From positions 1,128 to 65,127 of the forward strand of contig JAQWYA010000057.1 of NCBI GenBank assembly GCA_029254215.1: a stretch of DNA of 64,000 nt, read 5' to 3'. Shown in pieces: positions 27,619 to 35,142 of this stretch (positions are counted from its first letter, which is position 1; every line of letters begins with the position of its first letter). The notes below the pieces were generated by a model. That model worked only from the letters and a program-made list of their open reading frames with translations. It made no database searches and was not told the origin of the DNA. Both the position numbers and the translations under genes were made by a program. This DNA comes from Pseudorhodobacter sp. GTDB taxonomy: Bacteria; Pseudomonadota; Alphaproteobacteria; Rhodobacterales; Rhodobacteraceae.

Positions 27619-28848
27619 ATGATGTCTGCACCCAAGAAAGTTGTCCTCGCCTATTCCGGCGGGCTTGATACCTCGATCATCCTGAAATGGCTGCAAACCG
27701 AATACGGCTGTGAGGTTGTAACCTTCACTGCCGATCTGGGTCAGGGGGAAGAGCTTGAACCCGCCCGCCAGAAAGCGATCCTTCTGGGGATCAACCCGGA
27801 CAACATCTATATCGAAGATGTCCGCGAAGAATTCGTGCGCGATTTCGTCTTCCCGATGTTCCGGGCCAATGCGCTTTACGAGGGGCTTTATCTGCTGGGC
27901 ACCTCGATCGCCCGGCCGCTGATCTCCAAGCGGTTGGTTGAGATTGCGGCCGAAGTAGGCGCGGATGCCGTGGCCCATGGCGCAACCGGCAAAGGCAATG
28001 ATCAGGTCCGGTTTGAACTTTCTGCCTACGCCTTGAACCCGGCGATCCGGGTGATTGCTCCCTGGCGGGAATGGGATCTGTCAAGCCGCACCAAGCTTTT
28101 GGAATTCGCTGAAGCGAACCAGATTCCGATTGCCAAGGACAAGCGCGGTGAGGCCCCCTTCTCGGTCGATGCAAACCTGCTGCACACCTCGTCCGAGGGC
28201 AAGGTTCTGGAAAATCCGGGCGATGAGGCCCCCGATTACGTCTATCAGCGCACCGTCGCCCCCGAAGATGCGCCCGATCAGGCCGAAATGGTGGAAATCA
28301 CCTTCGAGCGGGGCGATGCCGTGGCGATCAACGGCGAAGCGATGAGCCCGGCGACCATCCTGACCAAGCTGAACGAGCTGGGCGGCAAGCACGGCGTGGG
28401 TCGCCTCGATCTGGTGGAGAACCGCTTTATCGGGATGAAATCGCGCGGGATCTATGAAACCCCCGGCGGCACCGTTCTGCTGGAAGCCCATCGCGGGATT
28501 GAACAGATCACCCTCGATAGCGGCGCTGGCCATCTGAAAGACAGCATCATGCCGCGCTATGCGGAACTGATCTACAACGGCTTCTGGTTCTCGCCCGAGC
28601 GTGAAATGCTGCAAGCCCTGATCGACAAGAGCCAAGAGCATGTGTCGGGCACGGTGCGGCTGAAGCTGTACAAGGGATCGGTGCGGACAGTGGCGCGCTG
28701 GTCTGATTACAGCCTTTATTCTGAAAAGCACGTCACGTTTGAGGAAGATGCAGGCGCTTATGATCAGAAAGACGCTGCGGGCTTCATCCGCCTGAACGCG
28801 CTGCGCCTGAAGCTGATCGCAACCCGGAATGCACGGGTAAAAGGCTGA
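27619..28848 (+). CDS. argG: argininosuccinate synthase
   Basis: [47 protein letters not shown]. Confidence 0.95.
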   Translation: MMSAPKKVVLAYSGGLDTSIILKWLQTEYGCEVVTFTADLGQGEELEPARQKAILLGINPDNIYIEDVREEFVRDFVFPMFRANALYEGLYLLGTSIARPLISKRLVEIAAEVGADAVAHGATGKGNDQVRFELSAYALNPAIRVIAPWREWDLSSRTKLLEFAEANQIPIAKDKRGEAPFSVDANLLHTSSEGKVLENPGDEAPDYVYQRTVAPEDAPDQAEMVEITFERGDAVAINGEAMSPATILTKLNELGGKHGVGRLDLVENRFIGMKSRGIYETPGGTVLLEAHRGIEQITLDSGAGHLKDSIMPRYAELIYNGFWFSPEREMLQALIDKSQEHVSGTVRLKLYKGSVRTVARWSDYSLYSEKHVTFEEDAGAYDQKDAAGFIRLNALRLKLIATRNARVKG

Positions 28849-28862
28849 TTTCAAAAGAAAAC

Positions 28863-28888
28863 GGGGGCGGTGCTGATGCGCCGCCCCC
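28863..28888. terminator. GC hairpin between convergent argG and the 137-aa gene
   Basis: GGGGGCGG-N10-CCGCCCCC, preceded by AAAAGAAAAC on the plus strand. Confidence 0.6.
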
Positions 28889-28915
28889 TACTCGTTACCA
28901 AAACACTCGCTAACC

Positions 28916-29329
28916 TTACTTGGCGGTGATGACGGTCATCACAAGATTGCCGTCAACACGGATCGGGCCGTCTTCTTTGGCGCCCAGCGTGTATTCAAAA
29001 TTCCCAACGATATTGCCGCCCTCTTCGCTGTGGATCATCAACATCAGCATGTCACCCGGCGCCACGGCTTCGGTCAGGATGGCGGCAACATCCATGGTCT
29101 GGCCCTTGCGGATCGGGGCATAGGCCACAACGGGGCCGGGCTTCATATCCATCCCGGTGCGGTGCACAACAAGCCAGCCGTTCTGATCGGCCGAGATCAC
29201 CTCGGCGCTGACGATCCCGCCTGAGACATCCTGATCAGAGGCGGTGACAGCCTGCGGCATCGCGTGACCTGCGGCGAAGGCACCAGTGGCGGACAGGCCA
29301 AGGATGATGGCTGCGGTAAAGAGTTTCAT
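28916..29329 (-). CDS. secreted protein of unknown function
   Basis: 137 aa with GGGAGA RBS and signal peptide MKLFTAAIILGLSATGAFA. The mature part is beta-rich with no motif I recognise. Confidence 0.6.
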   Translation of the reverse strand: MKLFTAAIILGLSATGAFAAGHAMPQAVTASDQDVSGGIVSAEVISADQNGWLVVHRTGMDMKPGPVVAYAPIRKGQTMDVAAILTEAVAPGDMLMLMIHSEEGGNIVGNFEYTLGAKEDGPIRVDGNLVMTVITAK

Positions 29330-29411
29330 GGTCGTCTCCCTTAAACATTTGCGGTTTACGGGAGGAGCTACGAAGCCCTTTGCGGGAAAGTTTCAGGCCG
29401 CCAGAATTTTT

Positions 29412-30128
29412 TTAAATTTTGTATCGGGCAAGGGCTTCGTAATGCGGCAAGGCGGCGTCCTGAAGGCGGGCATAATCTCCGGTCAGCGTGGGGAGCGGCC
29501 CTTCCGGGTCTTCGAACCCGGTCGAACGATGCACCGCCCCATACCAATGCGACGCCCAGACGCCATCAGACGGATGCCCTCCCGCCGGCCAATGCAGCAT
29601 CTTGTCGGTGAAGGAAATTCCCAAAGCCGTGCACAGCCTTGAGAGGGCCGCCGCTGGGTCCGCACGAATGTCGAAGCTGTCGATCACGGTCGGCGCATGG
29701 CCAAGGCGATCTGCCTCGGCCTCAAAAAGAGCGGTCTGGGCGGCAAAGCCGATATCCTCCATCGTGGGGCCTTCGAGTTTGCGCGCATAAGAGGCGATAA
29801 CCCGCGCCGGGTGACGGATCAGAAAGACATTCGTGCAAGAGGCCATCCAGCCAAGATCAAAATCGGCAAGCATGTGATGCGGCATGTGCTTTTGGTAGAC
29901 GATCGAAACCCCCTCTAGGGCAGGGCTATTGCAGTGAGCCGCGACCCGATCCGGGTTGGTTTCATGGGCAGAGGTTATTTGAGCGACCATGGGATGCGGC
30001 TTGCCACTTACGGCGAGGTAAGGTGCGTAGAACGGCTCATCCATGACGGCGCAATCGCCACGGGCGGCGAAGCTGTACATAAGCGCGGTCGAGAGGTTGC
30101 GGGGGCCGGACCACATCGCGATTTTCAT
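29412..30128 (-). CDS. sulfotransferase-like / P-loop-fold protein of unknown function
   Basis: 238 aa with AAGGAAA RBS. N-terminus IAMWSGPRNLSTALMYSFAARGD...DEPFY and VFLIRHPARVIASY resemble the sulfotransferase-like family that I recall as the N-terminal half of plant BCAT-like proteins. Confidence 0.6.
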   Translation of the reverse strand: MKIAMWSGPRNLSTALMYSFAARGDCAVMDEPFYAPYLAVSGKPHPMVAQITSAHETNPDRVAAHCNSPALEGVSIVYQKHMPHHMLADFDLGWMASCTNVFLIRHPARVIASYARKLEGPTMEDIGFAAQTALFEAEADRLGHAPTVIDSFDIRADPAAALSRLCTALGISFTDKMLHWPAGGHPSDGVWASHWYGAVHRSTGFEDPEGPLPTLTGDYARLQDAALPHYEALARYKI

Positions 30129-30157
30129 AAAATTTTCCTTGGGATGAGAGGGCGGAA

Positions 30158-30180
30158 GCGGGGGGTTTCACACCCCCCGC
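30158..30180. repeat. 9-bp GC stem-loop adjoining motif copy c
   Basis: GCGGGGGGT-TTCAC-ACCCCCCGC, between two co-oriented minus-strand genes. Confidence 0.6.
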
Positions 30181-30189
30181 ACCCCCTGT

Positions 30190-30212
30190 GAGGTATTTGG
30201 GCCAAAAAGAAA
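30190..30212 (+). repeat. intergenic motif copy c (AGGTATTT-N3-CCAA-R-AAGAA family)
   Basis: Plus strand reads GAGGTATTTGGGCCAAAAAGAAA. It ends 1 nt before the aminotransferase stop codon. Confidence 0.7.
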
Positions 30213-31112
30213 TCAGGCTCCGACGAGGGATTTGTAGAGCTTGCGTATACGCTCGGTGACGGGGCCCATCGTGCCGCTGCCGATCTGGCGGCCATCGATT
30301 TGGCTGACCGGGGTTTGCGCGCCGAAGGTTCCTGTCAGGAACGCTTCCTCGGCGGAATAGGTATCGACAAGGGTGAAGTTGCGTTCAAACACCGGGATGT
30401 CATTGGCGCGGCACAGGTCGATTACTTTCTGGCGCGTGATGCCGTTCATGCAGTAGTCGCCCGTGCTTGTCCAAACCGCCCCTTTTCGGACGATGAAGAA
30501 GTTGCAGGCATTGGTTGTGTTCACAAAGCCATGCAGGTCGAGCATCAGGGCCTCGTCCGCGCCGGCTTTTTCGGCGGCGATGCAGGCCAGGATACAGTTC
30601 AGCTTTGAGTGGCTGTTGAGCTTTGGGTCCTGTGTCATGGGCAGGCCGCGCAGATGGGGGACTGTGGCAAGCCGGATCGGGCGCGGGAGTTTGGGGCGCG
30701 AATGCTCCATGATGATGGCGATGGTCGGGCCTTGGCGCGACAGGGCGGGATGCTGAAAGGGCCGGGATTTCACGCCGCGGGTCACCATCAGGCGGGCATG
30801 GGCGTCTGTTGTCATTTCATTGGCCGTCTGGGTTTCGAGCAGGGCCGCAAGGAGGGCATCGCGCGTCAGGCCGATCTCAAGGTCGATCGCCTTGGCGGCC
30901 TCGAACAGGCGGTCCATATGTTCATCGGCAAAGCTCCATTTGCCATTGTAAAGGCGCAGGCCCTCCCACACGCCATCGCCCAGCATGAAGCCTGAATCAT
31001 AAACTGAAACAAGAGCTTGCGATCTTGGGAGCAGCTTTCCGTTCAACCAGATCAGGATCGATTCGTTTCGGACATCATCTTCGGATTGATGGGTGGTGAT
31101 GGCGTCGGTCAT
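30213..31112 (-). CDS. aminotransferase class IV (branched-chain / D-amino-acid aminotransferase-like) protein
   Basis: 299 aa. VSVYDSGFMLGDGVWEGLRLYNG...EHMDRL, catalytic-Lys region NSHSKLNCIL, GITRQKVIDL, C-terminal TGT...PV..IDGR.IG.G..GPVT. Confidence 0.85.
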   Translation of the reverse strand: MTDAITTHQSEDDVRNESILIWLNGKLLPRSQALVSVYDSGFMLGDGVWEGLRLYNGKWSFADEHMDRLFEAAKAIDLEIGLTRDALLAALLETQTANEMTTDAHARLMVTRGVKSRPFQHPALSRQGPTIAIIMEHSRPKLPRPIRLATVPHLRGLPMTQDPKLNSHSKLNCILACIAAEKAGADEALMLDLHGFVNTTNACNFFIVRKGAVWTSTGDYCMNGITRQKVIDLCRANDIPVFERNFTLVDTYSAEEAFLTGTFGAQTPVSQIDGRQIGSGTMGPVTERIRKLYKSLVGA

Positions 31113-31269
31113 GGGAGCCTCGGGTTAGGGTTGGGGCAGCCTAATCTGTGGCAGGGGCCGCGCCAAGGGGGCGCTTCACCTCTGCGTGACCTCACGCTGG
31201 GGTGAGTTGAGCTTGTGACTTTGGGCGATCATCCTTGCCACACCCAAAGGAGTACGCCCCATAACCCGG

Positions 31270-31896
31270 ATGATTTACGGCCTTCTGGCTGCCTTGCTGC
31301 TGAGCCTGCCCCAAGCCACGGAGGCTGCAACCGAAAAGGCCATCGTTGCAGGGGGCTGCTTTTGGTGCGTGGAATCCGATTTCGAAGGGGTGGAAGGGGT
31401 TCGCCGGGTCGTTTCGGGTTATACGGGCGGGACGCTGAAGAACCCCGGTTACAAGCAAGTGACGGGTGGCGGCACCGGACATTATGAGGCGGTGGAGATC
31501 ACTTTTGACAATTCCCGGATCAGCTATGATGAGATCATGCGGCTGTTCTTTCGCTCGGTCGATCCGACGGATGCGGGCGGGCAGTTCTGTGACCGGGGGG
31601 ATAGCTACAGGACAGCAGTCTTTGCGCTAAACGAAGGCCAGATGGCCAGCGCCAAGGCGGCAAAAGCGGCGGCGGGTGCAGCGTTGAAGCGCAAGATCGT
31701 AACGCCAATCCTTGCCGCTGGTCCGTTTTACAAGGCAGAGGCCTATCATCAGGATTACTACAAGGGCAGCATGATCGTCCTGACCCGGCGCGGCCCGAAA
31801 AGCCAGTCAGAGGCCTATAAGTTTTATCGCAATGCCTGCGGGCGGGATAAGCGCGTCAAGCAGCTTTGGGGCAAGGAAGCGGCTTTTGCGCATTAA
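31270..31896 (+). CDS. msrA: peptide-methionine (S)-S-oxide reductase with N-terminal signal peptide
   Basis: MIYGLLAALLLSLPQATEA leader, then active site GGCFWCVESDF and GHYEAVEI, YHQDY. Confidence 0.9.
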   Translation: MIYGLLAALLLSLPQATEAATEKAIVAGGCFWCVESDFEGVEGVRRVVSGYTGGTLKNPGYKQVTGGGTGHYEAVEITFDNSRISYDEIMRLFFRSVDPTDAGGQFCDRGDSYRTAVFALNEGQMASAKAAKAAAGAALKRKIVTPILAAGPFYKAEAYHQDYYKGSMIVLTRRGPKSQSEAYKFYRNACGRDKRVKQLWGKEAAFAH

Positions 31897-32750
31897 GCGA
31901 GCAAACGATCTACTTCTTCGGCCAAAGGCATGGCTGCGGCTGCCCCCGGTCGCATCACTTGGATTGCCGCCGCTGCCGCCGCCCGTCGAAGCGCCTGATC
32001 CGGCGTTTGGCCAGCATCAAGGGCCGCGATCAGGGTGCCGGAAAAGCAATCGCCTGCACCCGTTGTATCGACCGGAGTGACCGGAAAGGCTGGAACGCGG
32101 CGCGGCTCTGCCCCGGCTGACAGCCATTCAGCACCTCTCGCACCTTTGGTGATTACCAGATCGCAGTCGGGAAACACACCCAGCGCCGATTTAAGGGCTG
32201 CCGCCTCTCCCTCATTCATCAGCAAAATCGTGGCATAGGGCAGAACAGCGCGCAGCGCCTCGACCGAGAAAGGCGCCGCAGAATAGGCAACGCGCATCCC
32301 TTTCTCAGAGGCGATGCAGGCCGCTTCCGCTTGGGCGGAGGTTTCGTTCTGCATCATCAGGCTGTCACCCGGCCCGGCATCGCGCAGCGCTTTGATGACC
32401 TGCGCCTCCGAAATCGTCTGATTCGCCCCTGCGAACAGAACGATGGCGTTTTCAGCCTGTGGATCGACGTTGATGATGGCATGGCCCGTCGGCACCGCCC
32501 CCGTCAAAACGTGACCGGTATCGACGCCGTAAGCTTGCAACGCCTCCAGCGCCCAAGCAGCACCAGGCCCGACAGCGCCGATATGATGCACCCGCGCGCC
32601 CGCCCGCGCCGCTGCGACCGATTGGTTCGCCCCTTTTCCGCCAAGACCAAGGGTATAATCCGTCGCGGCCAGCGTCTCTCCGGGTTGGGGAAGATGCGGG
32701 ACGCGATAGACGTGATCCAGATTGATCGACCCAAGCGTATAGACCGCCAT
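31893..32750 (-). CDS. PfkB-family carbohydrate kinase (ribokinase-like)
   Basis: GSINLDHVYRV...GGKGANQSVAAAR N-terminal motif and C-terminal DTTGAGDCFSG. Confidence 0.8.
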   Translation of the reverse strand: MAVYTLGSINLDHVYRVPHLPQPGETLAATDYTLGLGGKGANQSVAAARAGARVHHIGAVGPGAAWALEALQAYGVDTGHVLTGAVPTGHAIINVDPQAENAIVLFAGANQTISEAQVIKALRDAGPGDSLMMQNETSAQAEAACIASEKGMRVAYSAAPFSVEALRAVLPYATILLMNEGEAAALKSALGVFPDCDLVITKGARGAEWLSAGAEPRRVPAFPVTPVDTTGAGDCFSGTLIAALDAGQTPDQALRRAAAAAAIQVMRPGAAAAMPLAEEVDRLLA

Positions 32751-32753
32751 GGC

Positions 32754-35009
32754 TTACCCGATCTTGGAGGCTGCAAGCACCGCCATGTTCAGGATGTCAT
32801 TAACGGTTGAACTGGTCGTGCAGATCTGGATCGGCTTCTTGACCCCGGTCAGCATCGGGCCAATCACCGTGGCCCCTGCCATTTCCTGCATCAATTTGAC
32901 CGAGATCGAGGCCGAGTGCCGCGCCGGAACCACCAGAATATTGGCGGGGCCGGTCAGACGGCAGAAGGGATAATGCGCCATAATCTCGGGGTTGAGGGCA
33001 ACATCAACCGTCATCTCTCCCTCATATTCGAAATCGACGCCGCGCTTGTCGAGCACCTTGGGGGCAAGGTGCATTTTCGTGGCGCGTTCCGACACCGGAT
33101 AACCGAAGGTCGAGAAGGACACGAAGGCGACGCGCGGCTCCAGACCAAGGTTGCGGGCAACCTCGGCGGCTTTTGTGGCAATCGTGGCCAGATCCTCGGG
33201 TTCGGGCCATTCCTGCACAAGCGTATCGGTGATCAGAACGATGCGACCCTTGTGAAGGAGCGCCGTCACGCCCACCGCGCCATCGGTGGCCTTCGCGTCA
33301 AACACATGGTTGAGAAGCGAGAGCACATGCGCCGATTTGCGCGTGGCCCCGGTGACGAGCCCGTCGCCATGCCCATGTTGCAACATCAGAGCCGAAAACA
33401 CATGCCGGTCACGCGAAGCGAGGCGGTGGATGTCGGTCTTGTCAAAACCCTCCCGCTGGAGCCGTTTGTACAGAAACTCGCGGTAGGTTTCGAGATGCCG
33501 GGTATTGGCGGCGTTCACGATCTCCAACTCGCGGACAGCATCGCCGAGGCCTGCGGCCTCCAGCTTTTCGCGCACATCCGACTCGCGACCGACAACCAGA
33601 GACTTCCCCAGCCCCGCGCGCTGATAGGCCACGGCGGCGCGCAACACGCGCGGGTCATCCCCTTCGGCAAAGATCATACGGGCCTGCGCCTGACGCGCGC
33701 GGGCATGAATGCCTTGCAGGATCGATGCCGTCGGATCCATCCGGGACTTCAGGCTCAACTCATAGCCATGCATGTCGATGATCGGCCGGCGCGCAACACC
33801 AGTATCCATTCCGGCCTTGGCAACGGCTGGCGGGATGACATGGATCAGACGCGGATCAAACGGGGTCGGAATGATGTAATCGCGCCCGAAGGACAGCTTG
33901 CGGCCATAGGCCATCGCCACCTCATCCGGGACATCCTCGCGCGCCAGTTTCGCAAGGGCATGGGCGCAGGCGATCTTCATCTCATCATTGATGGCGCGGG
34001 CGTGGATATCCAAGGCCCCCCGGAACAGATACGGAAAGCCAAGAACGTTATTGACCTGATTGGGGTAATCCGACCGACCGGTGGCCACGATTGCGTCGGG
34101 GCGGACGGCATGTGCCTCTTCCGGTGTGATCTCGGGGTCGGGGTTGGCCATAGCGAAAATAACGGGGTTTTCCGCCATACTCGTGACCATTTCAGGCGTC
34201 ACGGCCCCTTTGGCTGAAACGCCAAGGAACACATCTGCGCCCTTCATCGCCTCTTCCAGCGTCCGCAGATCAGTGGTCGCGGCATGTGCCGATTTCCACT
34301 GGTTCATCCCTTCGGTACGGCCCTGATAGATGACCCCCTTAGTGTCGCACATGATGCAATTGTCATGCTTTGCGCCCATCGACTTCAGCAGTTCCAGACA
34401 GGCGATGCCTGCCGCCCCTGCCCCGTTCAGCACAATCCGGCAATCGCCAATCTTTTTGCCCGACAGTTCCAGCGCGTTGATGAGGCCAGCCGCACAGATC
34501 ACCGCCGTGCCGTGCTGGTCATCATGGAAGACCGGGATGTCCATGATCTCTTTCAGGCGCTGTTCAATGATGAAACATTCCGGAGCCTTGATGTCTTCAA
34601 GGTTGATACCACCAAAGGTCGGCCCCATCAGGGAAACCGCCTTGATGATCTCATCCGCGTCTTCGGTGTCCAGTTCGATATCGATCGCGTTCACATCGGC
34701 AAAACGCTTGAACAGGACCGCCTTGCCCTCCATCACCGGCTTGGAGGCCAGCGCGCCAAGGTTGCCCATCCCCAGAATTGCGGTCCCGTTTGAGATGACC
34801 GCAACCATGTTGCCCTTGACCGTATAGTCATAGGCCGTTTCCGGATTATCCGCGATGGCCTGCACCGGAACCGCAACACCGGGCGAATAGGCCAGAGACA
34901 GGTCACGCTGCGTGGCCATCGGCGTTGTCGCCGCAATCTCGTATTTTCCGGGACGAGGCTCCAGATGATAGGCAAGGGCCTCTTCCGGGGTGATCTTTGA
35001 TTTCGACAT
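32754..35009 (-). CDS. maeB: NADP-dependent malic enzyme (malic enzyme domain fused to phosphotransacetylase-like domain)
   Basis: ALAYHLEPRPGKYEI, LSLAYSPGVA, GTAVLGLGN-type region, NGAGAAGIA, C-terminal PTA-like half. Start at ATG 35009 with GGAGGAG RBS. Confidence 0.93.
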   Translation of the reverse strand: MSKSKITPEEALAYHLEPRPGKYEIAATTPMATQRDLSLAYSPGVAVPVQAIADNPETAYDYTVKGNMVAVISNGTAILGMGNLGALASKPVMEGKAVLFKRFADVNAIDIELDTEDADEIIKAVSLMGPTFGGINLEDIKAPECFIIEQRLKEIMDIPVFHDDQHGTAVICAAGLINALELSGKKIGDCRIVLNGAGAAGIACLELLKSMGAKHDNCIMCDTKGVIYQGRTEGMNQWKSAHAATTDLRTLEEAMKGADVFLGVSAKGAVTPEMVTSMAENPVIFAMANPDPEITPEEAHAVRPDAIVATGRSDYPNQVNNVLGFPYLFRGALDIHARAINDEMKIACAHALAKLAREDVPDEVAMAYGRKLSFGRDYIIPTPFDPRLIHVIPPAVAKAGMDTGVARRPIIDMHGYELSLKSRMDPTASILQGIHARARQAQARMIFAEGDDPRVLRAAVAYQRAGLGKSLVVGRESDVREKLEAAGLGDAVRELEIVNAANTRHLETYREFLYKRLQREGFDKTDIHRLASRDRHVFSALMLQHGHGDGLVTGATRKSAHVLSLLNHVFDAKATDGAVGVTALLHKGRIVLITDTLVQEWPEPEDLATIATKAAEVARNLGLEPRVAFVSFSTFGYPVSERATKMHLAPKVLDKRGVDFEYEGEMTVDVALNPEIMAHYPFCRLTGPANILVVPARHSASISVKLMQEMAGATVIGPMLTGVKKPIQICTTSSTVNDILNMAVLAASKIG

Positions 35010-35142
35010 CTGTGCTCTCCTCCTGCTCGATGTCCCGTTTAGCGAAACGCGAAAGCCAAAACAACGATTTATGGCGCGGCGGATTTGCCGCTTTTCCCCA
35101 GCGAGGCGGTTTTGTAGGCTCCCCCCAGCTTTGGGGGCCAAT

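Noticed and set aside
32916-34217. 433-aa plus-strand ORF
   Set aside because: Antisense shadow frame of maeB, with no recognisable domain.
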